In this document: positions 1 to 17,660 of the stretch, in pieces
Numbering within the stretch: position 1 is the first letter of the stretch
Layout of the letters: each line of letters begins with the position of its first letter
From: the human T2T-CHM13v2.0 reference genome, Homo sapiens
Reading direction: 5' to 3' (one strand)
DNA length: 64,000 nucleotides
Assembly (NCBI RefSeq): GCF_009914755.1
Contig: NC_060942.1
Translations under genes and position numbers: made by a program
Notes under the pieces: generated by a model
What the model saw: the letters and a program-made list of their open reading frames with translations, nothing else
Databases searched by the model: none
What the model was told of the DNA's origin: nothing

Positions 1-2416
1 CAAGTTATACGTTTTGTTTGTCTGGGAACTAGTTTGGAGAAAACAGTAAATGTAATGTTTAAACCCTGCCAAGAGATTTCGCAAAGAAAATGAAACAATT
101 TTTTATACTGAAATGATACAGTAACAAAGTATCTGTAATATGCATATTTATATATAGATGTCTTTGCTACTTCACATTATAAATCTCAGACCTTCTTATA
201 TTGTTATATCGTTAGTTATCTTTAATTGGGTATTATTGCTAAATTTAAATACTGTAGTTTAAATATTTTATTACTTTTGTTGCTAGTGATATTACTGGCT
301 TAAATTATAAAACAGTTCATATACAATTAGAATAGTTGAATAATTTTTGTGTTTTGTATGTCATTCCTTATTTTAATAGATTTATTTATCTTTCTAAAGG
401 AAAAGGAAGCTGGTATTGATTATATTTCTATATCAAAGTTTTTGGCATGTTTTATGTCTTTTATTTGCAAGAAAAGCTCTTGATTACATGGAATGTGGGT
501 TGCTTTATCTTGTATATTTAATTTAAATAATCATGCTGACATTGTATTTGGCATTGATTTTACTCCCACCCCCACCTCATCCCCATCCACCTAGTGATTG
601 GCAAATACTTGATATCTAATGCACTTCTTTATTAAAACCCACAAAACTAATGGCTTCATAATTAAAAGACAGACCTTTTGTCAGGATAATAAAATGTAAA
701 CTGTCTTACAGGCAGATAAATATTCGCATCTTTATTGAATGAAGCCACTGTTTTCTGCTTAGGTTTAAATTATTAAATACTCACAGATCTCAGAGATTGG
801 CTAAGCAGTGTACGTTTTCCTAAAGGTCAGCAGGTTCAGTCAGTAGACTGTAGAGTATTGATTGCAGTCGTTTAAAGCCAGCAGTGCAGCTTAACTTTGA
901 TCAGTGTAAGTCCACACAGCCTGCCCAGATTGGCCGCATGCTGAAAATACCTGTGGATGTGACTGTATGATGATTACCATGTGTATGAGTTTTTTATCTT
1001 AGATCGTCTCTGAAATTAGTCTTTTCATCTAAAATGTAGTATTTTAGAAACATTTGGTAATTACCCAGTAGGAGTTCTATGTCATTTTTACCACGAATGG
1101 CAATTTCTAAGTTGCTAATAGATATAATTTATGCTGAGATTTTAAAGAAATCACTAAGGAAAAAGCACTTTATTTCCTGCTGAGATTAATTTATGAAATA
1201 ATTCAAAACATTCTTAGACAGCAGGTTGAACGTGATTATGAACATAAATATATTGTCAGTGTAACTGATTTTGAGTCCCACACATTGCCGTATGATGATG
1301 CAGATAACCTCATTTTCTGAAAACAAGTTGCAGACTCTCTAGTTGAGCAATAAGCACTTAACCCATTGCCCTGCTTGGTGAAATTTTCATACCTTCTAAG
1401 TGGCATGGAAATGGCATCCAAAGAGATTGTGATTTGTAAGTTGCAGGTTTGCAAGTTTGATTTAATTGTAGTGTGCTGTTTGAATTATTCTCATCTGTAA
1501 ACGTAAGTTTTGTTCCATTTTGATTTTCAATGTAAATCTAATAATTAGAGGCGTTTGTAAATTGAGATCTATTAATATGTTAGATCTTGGGTTTTCTTCT
1601 CTAAAGATAACTATTTAAAGTGAAAACCAAAACCAAAACCTTTCAGTATTGACATTCCTAAAATTTTATTGAATGATGAAATTTCTTTTATATTTGAAAA
1701 TATTATTAAGAATTAACTACCCAAAGACCATAAGAGTAGCTGGGTAGCTGTCTTCTTGAAAACTGGTCTGCAATTACAACTTCTTATATTTTATCATTTT
1801 TAATGTTTTGAGGGAAGTAAATACCCACAAGAGATTAAGGCAGTCTATCTCGTGAAGTTACACCTGTTCACGTTTGGCTTGTTCATTCAGTCTTTGTAAA
1901 GCTACCTGGATGTCCGTGTTAAAAAAAAAAAGTGGCTATTTATTTGTTTTTTACCATTTCATAAATATAAGGTTAATATGACTTTTCCATTGTAAGATTT
2001 TCTGAGTCATTATCAAGATACACCTGTATATTTACTGGCTTGCTAACATTGGGAAGGTTTTGCTATCTAACTTTTTTTCATGTTCATGTAAAGACTTACT
2101 AAATGAGTATGGAAAACTGGAAAATTTCATATAAGAAAAATAAAAAAACTTTTAGATGACATTTTTAACAATTGAACGTCCTAATTGTCTTATTTTCAGT
2201 TTATTTAAAATATATTTTGGGAGTAACCTTACCTTTCTTTGTGATACAGCTATTAGAAAGCCAATGTGAAAATTAATACATTTACTTTGAATCACAACAT
2301 ATTCTCACTGTTTGATGGAAATGTGGTTATATGTTGTGCAGATTTTAATTGTTTAATTTAGGTATTAAAATTTTTTCCTTGAAGGAATTTTGTTAATTTT
2401 CTCTTTTCCTTTTTAG

Positions 2417-2530
2417 GTTTTGTATGAACAATTCAAGTTTTTCTTGAATCTCTATTTTCTAGTAATATCCTGCTCACAGTTTGTACCAGCATTGAAAATA
2501 GGCTATCTCTACACCTACTGGGCTCCTCTG
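2417..2530 (+). CDS. ATP9B: ATP9B coding exon (114 nt, phase 0/0), TM1 region: [38 protein letters not shown]
   Basis: Polypyrimidine acceptor ctcttttcctttttag and donor CTG|gtaaga. Translation matches the P4-ATPase class 2 (ATP9/Neo1) EQF..NLYFL..Q.VP motif, recognised as ATP9B. Probably exon 4 (numbering from memory). Confidence 0.95.
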
Positions 2531-3150
2531 GTAAGAAAAGACTTTAAAAATTAAGTTAAATTATGAAATATTTAGAATATAGTTTTAAGAGTTGAGATGG
2601 TTAAAAGTTAAATTGACCAGATTTTTAAAACATGGTGTTGTAGTGTTCACTGAACTTCTGTTAAAAGATTTTGCTGAGTGATTTCAGTCCCTCTGAGAAC
2701 CATGGGAAGTATGGTGGCAGCACCTGCCTGTAGAGCTGCCAAAGTTACAAAGTGCCTGAGCTGGCAGCAGAGGGGTTTTCCTTGGTCATTCTGCACCTGT
2801 GTTAAGGTTGCAGGTCATCAGCAGCTCCCTCCTGTTTGATGCAGCTGTTGGGAATGGGGGCTGGGGCTGTGGGTCTGTTCTGTTACTCTCTTCACACCCT
2901 GACCATGGTGAGCATTCTGAAGTATCCAAGTGCAGTACGTATGATTTCTGGTTGATATCTCAGTGTATAAAGTTTTTCAAAAGGCCAGTGATGCAATGAT
3001 GCTTATCAATGAATGTTTCCATTTCAAATATATGCTGTCTTGATAGTCTTAAGCTGTTGGCTGAGAGTTTTCATTAATTTTTAGCTTGTAGAGACAAGAT
3101 GTACATCGTCTTTCCTCCTTTCATAGAAAAATGTACTTACTACTTCCTTT

Positions 3151-3435
3151 ATTTTTATTTTTTATTTTTGGAGATAGAGTCTCACCCTGTCACTGGAGTG
3201 TAGTGGCACAATCTCGGCCCACTGCAACCTCCGCCTCCCGGGTGCAAGCAGTTCTCCTACCTCAGCCTCCTGAGTAGCTAGGATTACAGGCACACCTGGC
3301 TAATTTTGTGGTTTTAGTAGAGACGGCGTTTCACCATGTTGGCTAGGCTGGTCTCGAACTCCTCACCTCAAATGATCCACCTGCCTCAGCCTCCCAAAGT
3401 GCTGGGATTACAGGCGTGAGCCACTGCGCCTGGCC
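3151..3435 (-). mobile_element. AluS element
   Basis: Antisense Alu body with T-rich tail. TSD ACTACTTCCTTT at 3139-3150 and 3436-3447. Confidence 0.9.
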
Positions 3436-3879
3436 ACTACTTCCTTTTTTTTGATTTGCTCCCTTTTGGGCAGATGACCCGAGGAATCTAGGTAGGAAAC
3501 ACAGAGAGTGAAAGGGTTCCTTCAGTGAAAGAAGAGTGCAGTCCTCGGGGTTCCACATGAGTTGTGGCCTTCCACATGGCGAGCCGAGCAGTCTGCTCCC
3601 GAGGGGTCTGTCCTGGCCTGGGTAGGCTCCGTCTCCCTAACCAGAGAACTCCAGATGAAGCAGGAGAACTGGAAGGTGGACTAAATTCTTGTTTCCTGGA
3701 GAGGCACAGTCAGGCTTTCCTGTTTACCTGTTAGTAAAGCCATGCTGAGGGAAATTTTTTGATTTCTCTTTCACATAGACTTCATAGTAGGGTGGATTTG
3801 AGGAATGAGTAACTTTATATGTAATATAAACACGAAATTACTAGATAAATGAATACATTTTTAACTTATTAAATTAGTA

Positions 3880-4098
3880 AGATTGAAAGAGACATTGGAG
3901 CTGAGCATGGGTAAAACTGTAACACTGTGGCGCTCATCCCATTAATATAGATGCCGTGAGCTCCCCCATTAGTGTGCATAGTGTGCATGCATGCCTGTGT
4001 TGCCTTTTTGGAGGGTCATTGGTAATATATATCAAAGACCTGAAAACCAGATTCAGCATTTTTACTTGAGGAATTTATCCTAAAGAAATAATGATTGA
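3880..4098 (+). mobile_element. Old L1M fragment (host of the L1HS insertion; continues ~6147-6340)
   Basis: Degenerate L1 ORF2-end/3'UTR-like sequence (ggaatttatcctaaagaaataat...) on both sides of the TSD. Confidence 0.55.
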
Positions 4099-6129
<2,031 letters not shown>

Positions 6130-6364
6130 AAAGAAATAATGATTGATCACAAAGTCTAAAGAATGTCCATTATAAATATTTTAAAAAGTCGAATGTCTAA
6201 CAATAGATTATTCAAACTGCCATATCCTGTGTACTTGTTGGAATACTGTGTAGCTTTAAAAATGGTGTTTAGGAAAAGTGTTTAATAACATAAAAGTTAT
6301 GTATGTATTAGAATAAATTTTAAAAGGTGGCTCAAAATATGTATAGAAGGAAATCCACAGTTCT

Positions 6365-6830
6365 TTTGATCAATCAATATTGAGCTCCTTCATGTCCAGC
6401 CATAGTCTAGGTAATGTTGATACAACAGTGAACAAGACAAACCAAATCCTGTTCTAATAGAACTAAAATTCTGGGAGAAAAGGCAGTATATAAACTCCTA
6501 ATGCCACGTAGCCATCCATCAGGCTATGAAGAAGAAAATATAAAGCAGGAAAAATGAGTAGAGGATGAAAGGGTTATTCTATATGGGATGGTCAAGGAAG
6601 GCCTCTCCTGTGAGGTGACATTGGAATGACATCTTACTGGTAAAACAGTCAGATATGAAACAGGGAAGAGTGTTGCAGGCAGAGGAGTAATTGCAGAAGG
6701 TCTTGGACTGTTTTAGCATGCTCCAGGGTGGGAGGAGGTCATCCAGGAGGGTGTGGGTGGGAAGAAGTAGTTGGAAAGGAGGTCAGAGGGCCTGGCGTCA
6801 ACTCTTCCAGGGCTCTCAGATTTCATCCTG
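6365..6830 (-). mobile_element. L2 fragment
   Basis: caatattgagctcc...acagtgaacaagaca...ggtcaaggaaggcctctc...gaggtgacatt, typical of L2 3' ends. Confidence 0.6.
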
Positions 6831-7541
6831 GGTGAAAAAGGAAGCCGTATGTTTGTGTATATATTGCATGTATTCACACACAGAAGAAACACTGAAGTGT
6901 ATACAACAGAATTTTGAAAGTTGTTGTTGAAGCTAGGTAACCGTGGAAGAGAGTATAGATAACTGTTTCTCCTTTCTTTTCTCCACCTTCCACCACATTA
7001 GCAGTAACCTATTCTGAATGTGAGATTATAATTCCTATGTATCTCTTAATAGTTTTACTGTGTTTATATTTATCATTAAAACAATATGCAATATTATTTT
7101 GTATGCTTTAACATTTTTTATAAAGGTTATCTTAATCTGTGTGGCCTATTGCAACATACTTTTTTGGCTTAACATTTGTTTATAAAATTGATCCATATCA
7201 ACACATATATCTACTTCATTTTTCACTTCACTAAAGTGTTTCATTGTATAAATATACCACAACTGATTCATCCCTTCCTTTGGGAAAGGAGACTTTGGGG
7301 TCGTTTCTCATTTTTTACCATTATAAATATTGTTAAACAATATGATTGTTCATAAGCATTGTTATAATGAACAATGTGATTGTTAACGATTGCTTATGCA
7401 TTTGTGCAAAACATTCTACAGGCTGTGTACTTCCTAGAAGTCTCATTTAAAAACTGCTGTTGATTTTTTTCATTTTCTAATAAAAGCAGTATAGCATTAT
7501 AGAAACTTTAGAACACAGAGAAAAATACTTGCTCATTTTAA

Positions 7542-7876
<335 letters not shown>

Positions 7877-7970
7877 AATTATATTTATGATTTTAATGTA
7901 TTTATTTCTAGCCCCTTTTTTTCTATTCATAGCTTTCACAGTTGTATTTACTGCTTAAGTATCGTTTCCC

Positions 7971-8266
7971 GGCTGGGTGCTCGTACCAGTAATCTCAGCA
8001 CTTTGGGAGGCCAAGGCGGCAGGATATCTTGAGTTCAGGAGTTCAAGACCAACCTGGGTAAGATGGTGAAATTCCATCTCTACCAAAAAATAGAAAGATT
8101 AATTGTGTGTGGTGGTACATATCTTTAGTCCCAGCTACTCAGGAAGCTGAGGTTGGAGGATTGCTTGAGCCTGGGACACAGAAATTGTTGTGAGCCATGA
8201 TTGCGCCACTGCACTGAAGCCTGGGTAACAGAGCGAGACCGTGTCTTAAAAAAAAAAAAAAAAAAA
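7971..8266 (+). mobile_element. AluJ element
   Basis: ggattgcttgagcctggg and gagccatgattgcgcc AluJ-type diagnostics; poly(A) tail. Confidence 0.85.
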
Positions 8267-10154
8267 TTGCCTTGTGGGTTAAAACTGTTTTAACTTAAAC
8301 AATGATGGTCTGAGAACACAAATTCTTCTTAATAAAGTAAAGCAAATGTATTTATATATATTTTGCTTCAGCCTTTTGTACTTACTCTGATTTAACTAGG
8401 TTTCAACCAAAGAAAATGTCCTTTTGATGGTTCTTTCTGAAGAACTTTATTTGATTTGTTCACAAAATTGATGATCTTGGCCATACTTGAGTGAAGTGTG
8501 CACACAAGCACACACACGTCTGTTTACCAAGACGAGAAAACGTTTCTCTGTTTTTTCTTTTCATATGATTGTTCATTTCCAGTTCCAGCTGCAATTTTTA
8601 GTCCTTTAGCTTGAATTTTCATCCTCTGTTATTTTGAAGTACTTTATCATTTTTTGACATGTATTAGCTTTAATTATTTTTAGATAATTACCTCAATAAG
8701 CAACTACTTCAATATTCATATAAAAGATACTGTTATTCCACTATATTTGCGTTTTAAGATTTTAGAGAAGTGAAAAGCCACTTTTTCCATTTGAATAATG
8801 CTTGACGTTGCCTTCTGATGCACCTAGATGAGTTCTCTTGTGTCCTGAGTATCATATTGTTCGATCTGAGAATTGATTTACTTTTTAAATGATTTTCTTT
8901 CGTTCCTTGGTTTGGCAGCAGCCACAATTGATGCTACCTTTCAGATAACAAATGATGAATAGTATGCTTTCTCTGTTTATATGCATCTTAACCTTTGATT
9001 GAGCAAACCTCTTAAAAAGTTGATGTACACCTTAGGCTTACCTTCAAATCTGAGAAGCAAGCTTAGGAGAGCATATTGATTCTTTTAAAAAGCTTTTAAA
9101 AACGCTGAAAATCAAGACAATTTGAATAATTAGACAAAGTTAAGGAATAATTAAACATACACTAAATCTAAAGAAATCTCTTTAAAGGAAACTATTTAAA
9201 ATAATGCAAATTTGAAAATATGTATAGGTGTCTCTTTTTTAACTGAAGAAAATGTTCTTCAACAAGAATTCCTCATAAGCCCTTGAGTTCTTGCATTTTC
9301 TATACCAGTTTATATTAACCCCATTATATCCAGTGCCAGCAACACCATCATCTTTATACATACATTGACTTCTTTTTGCCATCTTTTGTTCTCTAAGGTT
9401 CTATAATGTTCTCAAGAAAAAGATATCAGTTAACATTTCCAGATTTCTTCTAGCCAAAATCCTGCCTCTGAGGCATAAAACCATTTTACAGTTGTCGGTT
9501 GTAAAATCCTATTTCTGTTGTTCGCTAATTTTAAATAAAACAAGTTACTTCAAACTTACTCCCTCTGTTCTCTAATTAAAATTGAGATGTTTTTGAAAAC
9601 AATGATAGCTTAATTAATAATATTTCTTTTTCAGTTGCTTTTGGTAATATTATTTATTAGCTTTAGGTCTGAACTAATTTCTGTTATACTTCCCATATAA
9701 TAGAAGTGTAAATTGAAAATAAGTTGATTTCATTACATTTTTGTGTCTGGATGAAGATTACTTTTCATACTCAGCTTTCAGAACAATTCTTTAAAGCAAA
9801 GCTTGTGTAATCAGAGTAACAAAACAGAATGTCATGCTTCTATCAAAATGAACGAGATGGAATAGATCTGTCTATGCAGAAGATCTTTAGATAAAGAAAG
9901 CTCTGGCTCTAACAGTTTTTAACACTGTATCTTCTATATAAAATGTCTTCTGCTACTTTGTTAATAAATAATTGGTAACCGGATAGGCTATGTAGGTGAG
10001 AAATCAATCTATGAGGACTTTGATTTTTCAGTCTTATTTAAAAATCTTCCCTTCATCCACTCTTTTCTCGTGTGCGTGTCTCTGCATTAGAGGTGTGGGC
10101 AAAGTAAGAAAAGGAAAAACGAATGAAATTGCTTGGAATCATCCAGAGACAACC

Positions 10155-10325
10155 ATTGTTAGTGATCTGTGTGGCCTTGGTAAGGTTACTTACTCACTTT
10201 GTGTCTCAATTCCCTTATCTGTAAATTAGAGGTAAAGATACATACTTTGTAGGATTTTTGTGATATTTAAAAGGGGTAACTCATTTAGGATACTTGGAAA
10301 AGTGTGTGGCACATGATAAGCCCTC
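10155..10325. mobile_element. MIR fragment
   Basis: tgtgtggccttggtaaggttact...ctcaattcccttatctgtaaa core. Confidence 0.6.
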
Positions 10326-11189
10326 AAAGGCACATCAATAATGTACCCATCTAACTTTTTCTCCTTTTACAAAAATGTATATTGTTTTGGACTAGCTCCG
10401 CATTGTTCTTGGGTTATCTGGAGAAATAGGAGAAAGGCTGTGGACAAGCCACGTGAGAAGAAGTCCATGTTGTCCAGTCTGTGTAACACACTTGTGCCCA
10501 AATACTGCTGTTTCCAGGATGACAGTAGTTTAAATGGCCCTTCTTGCTTCCAGTTTTGATTTTTCTAGGGAGCAGTGTTATAGCATAAATCTCTGACCTT
10601 GTTGGTACCGAGGTAATGGGAAGATCCAAGTGCTCCTACAGTAAGACTTGCTTACTCCAGTCCTCCATAAACCACCAATCTGTAATGATCCATTTAAGAA
10701 CTCAGATCTAAACTCTTACGGGTAGAGGCTCATTTGTTGTAGACTCCAGTGGTAGAAGGAAATAGTGGCCTCAACTTCCCTTTCCTTTAGTGTCTTTTAT
10801 GTTCCTAGGCTGGCCATTGGGCATTTCCTTGGATAGATACGCAGGGGATGGACGTGATGGTGGTGACATCTTTTGGGTGTTGAGAATCGTACACATGTGT
10901 TACTTATTCAGAGAAACAGATTTGGAAGTGTGTTGTAAAACAGCTTGGACAGTCTAATAGTCCTTGCCTGTGACCAGGATCTTGTTTCCTCTTAAGAGTG
11001 TTTAACTCCTGTTTTCAGGACTTAGGACCTAACCCTCTTTATTCTGTCTTCTCTAATACTACTTCATTTGAAGTGGGAGCTTAATTTCACTGACTTCCTT
11101 GAGTTCTTAGGAACTAGCACATTTTTGTGGCTTATGATTACTCAATGAATTTGGTTAACTTTTGCTGTCTTTAAGCCATAAGTTTAAAG

Positions 11190-11350
11190 GGGTGAAAATT
11201 AGAGTCACCTGGAGAGTTTAACATATGTGTCTGAGGTCTCTTCCCTGGAAATTAGAGGTAAAAGTACACATTTCAGGTAGGGTCTGAGCAAATTTATGTT
11301 ACAAAAAATCTTTTCAGGTGATTATGATATGCTTACCTGATTAAAAAACA
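11190..11350. mobile_element. MER5A-like hAT fragment
   Basis: attagagtcacctggagag...caggtgattatgatatgc similarity. Confidence 0.45.
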
Positions 11351-12139
11351 CTCCTTTAAAATATTGTCTATACTATATAAATAAAATGTGCTTGGTAATC
11401 ACTTTCATTCTCTTATCTCAGTGAGTCACAAACAGAACTTTTTTTAAGAAGTTACCTCTGCATCATGAACATGAGTCTGTAGCAGTAAGTCTTCTCTTAC
11501 GTGGGAATAGCTGCAGACAAGTATATTTCTTGGATTCAAAGATGCATATTTTTCATGTTACTAAAATTAAGCTGTGGCTTATAAAATGTGTATATTTACA
11601 ATGCTATTGTCTTCCCACCCAAGACTACTACTAAAATAATACTGACGTATCTTAAAACCAGTGACATCTTTGAATCAAGGAAATATAGCATTTCATCATA
11701 TGACTGTGCTATGAATTTCTTACTTGTGGACATTCAGGTTATTTCTAATTTTTCATATTCATGCTGTGATCCTATAATTTTTCCTTTAAGATAAGTTTCT
11801 AGAAGTGAAACTGCTTGTTTAAATATGTGCAAATTTTAAGGCTTTTGACAGCACCAACTTTCTTAGAACTTTTTTGGGGATATCTGCTGCTTTGGCTTTT
11901 CATATTCATTTTCTTTGTTTTTCTGTTGCTAACTCTAGTTCAATAAAATGATGAATTTATATTCAAGTTCTTCTTTGTCTCTAACAGGCTTTTTGATAAC
12001 CACTTTTATTTCATTGCTGCTTTGTCATAACTTGTTACCAGCTTTGAAGAAACTGGCCATCATTCCCTATTGTATATTCTTCACTCTATTATGGAGACGT
12101 TTATCATAATATAAAAATTTCTTCTGTTCTTAAAATTTT

Positions 12140-13548
12140 GTACTTCACACAGCTGACATCACTCTTAATCATAAAAGACTGAATGTGTTCCCCTTAAACT
12201 TAGGAACAAGGGTGTTTGCTCCCACCAGTTCTGTTCAACATTGTATAGGGCAGTTAGTTAAGAAAATGAAGTAAAAGGCATCTAGATGGAAAGAAAGAGG
12301 ACTGTCTATCTCTAGTCACAGATGGCATGATCTTGTTTATAGGAAAACCTAGGGAATCTACACACAAAAACATTGTAACTAAACAAAATGAATTAGCAGG
12401 GTTGCAGGATACAAGATGAACATACAAAAGTCACTTGTATTTCTAGCAGTGACCATCCCAAAATGGAATTAGGATAACAATTCCATTTATAATCTCATCA
12501 AAAAGAAAATTATAGGAATAAGCTTAAAGCATGAAATTACATAATGAAAGCTATAAAAGAATTTTGAAAAAAAAGAAAGGTCTAAATAAGTGGAAAGTCA
12601 TGTTCATGAGTTGAAAGACTTAATATTGTTAAGATGGCAGCACTCTCCAAACTGACACACAAATTTAATCCAACTCCTAACAGTATCCTAGCTGGCTTTT
12701 TTTTTTTCTTTATGTTTTTAAATGTTTTTGCAGAAATTGACAGATTGATCCTAAAATCCATATGAAAATGCAAAGGGCTCAGAGTGGCTAATACGTCATA
12801 GAAAAAAGTAGATCAAAGTTGGAGAACTCACACTTTCCCATTCCCAAACTTATTACAAACTGCATGATCAAGACAGTATGGTACTGACATAAAGATAGGT
12901 GCATAGATCAGTGTAATTGAGAGTCCAGAAATAAACCTTTAAATTTATAACACATTGATTTTCAACTCGGGCACCAAAATAGTAACTTTTATAACTCAAC
13001 AACTAAACCTAGGAAAAAGGTAGGTAAAGGATCTGAGTAGACATTTACCCAAAGAAGATATACAAATGGCCAATAAGCATGTGAAAAGTTGCTCAACGTC
13101 ATTAGTCAGTAGAGGAATGCCAGTTAAAACCAGAGATACTACTTCACACCCAGTAGGATGGCTGCAATACAAAGGGCAGACAGTAACAAGTGTTGGTGAG
13201 GATGTGGAGACATTGGAACCCTCATTAGTTGCTGGCAGGAATGTAAAGTGGTGCAGCCACTTTGAGGAGCAGTTTGGCAGTTCCTCAAAATACTACACAC
13301 ACAATTACCATGTCACCCAGAATAGGCAAACTCATAGAGACAGAAAGTGGATGAGTCATTGCCAGGGCCTAGGAGTGGGAGGGAATGGGTATGGTGCTTC
13401 ATTTTGGGATGATGGAAATCTTCTAAAATTAGATGATGGTGACGGTTGTACAACTCTGTGAAGGTACTAAAAAACGAATTGTATACATTTATAGTGTTAA
13501 TTTTATGGCATGTGAATTATATATCAACAAAGCTATTATCTAAAAAAA
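12140..13548 (+). mobile_element. Old L1M (L1MB/MC-like) ORF2 and 3'UTR fragments
   Basis: Degenerate ORF2 (cagatggcatgatc, [13 protein letters not shown]) and L1M 3' end (gatggtgacggttgtacaactctgtg). Confidence 0.75.
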
Positions 13549-15443
13549 GAATACAGTGTGTGCTAAAGGACCTAAGTGAGGTCTTACTCTGCTCATCAGC
13601 TGGTGTCTTCAGTGGAAACCATGGCAAATACATGGCACATGCCGTGCCATGCCTGCCTTCTTTGCAGATGGGGCACATCACAAATTGTTCATGGCTTCTT
13701 TTTCCTTGAGTCCAAGAGTGGCTTTAGGATACTTCTCAAAACAGTGCTTCCAACAACCCCTGGGAATACACTGGCAAAGATCAGAAAGACATCATGGTGT
13801 TTCAGGAGACTACTCATAGTTCCCTGGTGTTGAAGGATACAGCAATATTGAGTGGGGGACAAGGCTAGAGATCTGTCTATTCGTAAGGTTAGGGGTTTGG
13901 GGAGAGCACTGTATTTCATTGGGAGAGCTGGGGAGAGCCTGCGTCCGGCTGGGGTGCCACACCGAGTACAGTCAGGCTGGAGAGATGTGTGGAAGGAAGC
14001 ACAGTTAGCAGTTGGAGGAAGGAGCCATAGTATTGCTTATAGATGATGGCAGTGGGATGGGTAGAGAATTAGGCCATCAGTGGGCTGAGGCCAGCTTTGG
14101 GGTGACTGGATAAAGAGGGGTGCATGGCTTCAGAAAGACAGCCAGGAGAATGTGGTGTCCAGGAAGCCAAGGGATGGGGAATTGGAAAGAGGGCCTGGTG
14201 AACAATTGGAATGCACAGAGGAATGGGAAGTTTCGTGAGATGGTCAGCCTTACTTGAGAATAGTTTTAGTCAAGTGGTGGAAGGAAATTGTGGCAAGTGG
14301 AGAAGTATACTGGATATGAAAAGGTTTCCGATGGTGCAGAGTGCAGACTAAGGGAGGAGAAGACTTGATGTGCTCAGGGAGAGATGGTTGTAGGGCCGAG
14401 GGAGGCTCATGATTAGGGGGAGAGCACACAGTATGGCTGAAGAGAGATGGCAGAGGGGCTGAAAAGGAGTGAGAGACACAGGCTGTCAGGTTGATTTTGA
14501 ATGGGAAAGAGACTAGAAGAATCCATGTTTAAGTCATGACTGTTGAAGGGGTTTTCAAATAGGACACTTGAGAAAAATACCATTTCAGTAAATACAAGAA
14601 ACATTCTTCAGCAGCACACTTAATTTGGCCTATTGGTTATACAGAAAACAAAAAACTGAAATAAAAAAGATTATTGTGCTTTCAGTGGACATACATCCAG
14701 TGTTCTGTTATTTACAGTTTTGACTGAAGCAAGGTCATCATTAATAATAGAGATTGACTTGAAGAATATTCCTGTAACATGTCAGAAAATATATATGCAG
14801 CCTTTAAAAATGATGGGCATTAGCTTCATATTAGTGGTATAATGGGCTTCACAATAAATTATGAGAATATAAAAATTTTTTTCTAGCTAGCATCATATTA
14901 ATACAGGCAGATTTTTACTTAAAAAGTGAGATGAAAGCACTATAATTGTTCATTCTACTGCAGTTATATAATAATGCACTATGTAAGAAAATCGATGTGT
15001 GATTATCTGGGAATTGTTTTGTGTTCCTAAATACTTTTATTCTGTAAGAAAAATTTAAGTGCAGAAATTAAGTGTAAGATTTTTATGTCAGTCATTGTAA
15101 ATTTTGTATTTGAATGCCCAAGTATTCTAAATATAATTTGTGGATTTATTGAAGATTGTTAATTTCTTTTTCTTTGGGTTACTAGGTATTTTCTGACACT
15201 TAGCTTGAAGTATCTATTAGGAGGTGAATTAAAAATTTGGGGAGTATACTAAGAGTTGCATACCTTTTACAATGAATCCTTTTGTAATATTTCATTGTTA
15301 CTTTTTGACTTTTTTGGTTTTCATTTATTTTATGTTTTAGAGAGTAATATAAATTGAAGGAAAAAAGTTAAACCAAGTAACAAATAATTTTGTCTTTTTT
15401 GTTAAAGTTTAGTTTTCTAAAAATACCTTATTTTGTTTTATAG

Positions 15444-15552
15444 GGATTTGTCTTGGCTGTTACTATGACACGGGAAGCAATTGATGAATTTCGGCGTTTT
15501 CAGCGTGACAAGGAAGTGAATTCACAACTATATAGCAAGCTTACAGTAAGAG
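15444..15552 (+). CDS. ATP9B: ATP9B coding exon (109 nt, phase 0/1), TM2 and linker: [36 protein letters not shown](G)
   Basis: Acceptor ttttgttttatag and donor GAG|gtcagc. Carries the P4-ATPase EA.D..RR...D..VN motif and is in frame with the flanking exons. Confidence 0.95.
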
Positions 15553-16344
15553 GTCAGCAAGATGCTTTAATCCTGCTTAGCGTTTGCTTACTGTAATTAT
15601 CATTTTAGAGTTAACATAACAAATGTATGAAAACATTTTAATTCTATTATTGAAAATAGTATTATGTGATTGTATATGATATCTAATTAATTTCCTTATA
15701 ATGTATAATGCAATTTTAGGGTAGATATTTGTTCATTCTCTAGCTGTTTGGATGTATGTTGTGTACACATATATACAAATGCACACACAACCACACAAGC
15801 ATGTACATGTATTACTAATAATCATGTAATGTGTTCTATTGGTATATACGTATTTTCTGAGAGGCATAATGTCACTTCATCTAAAATCTATCTTGGTATT
15901 TTAAACACACTCATAAAGGTCAAATGTCTATACCATGGCATTAACCTATTCTTAAGTACAGAGGCCTTTGAACAACAGAAATAAATATCGTGATCCAAGA
16001 TGATAACTGATGCAAGCACACTTCTCCTTAACCTTCATTCAGGGCCTTAACTCTTGCTTAACTTACATCCTTCAAGCGCTTGTTTATTTGATTTTTCAGT
16101 CCATAGTACAAAAGGAAGCAATGTATTAAGAAGAGAGTGGGGGAAACGATGACAAGTAGGCATAAGATAGTAAAAAAGTGACTGAAAACCTTGGGAATGA
16201 GGGAGACACTGAAAAACTGAATGGGTATTCATAGTAACCCCAAAGTCTGTTTAAAAAGTTTGCAGTGGATTTTTATCTTTTGTATGTATATAAGAGGACA
16301 TTTACAATGAATTATTTAACTTGAAATAGTACCTTCAAAAATGA

Positions 16345-17660
<1,316 letters not shown>

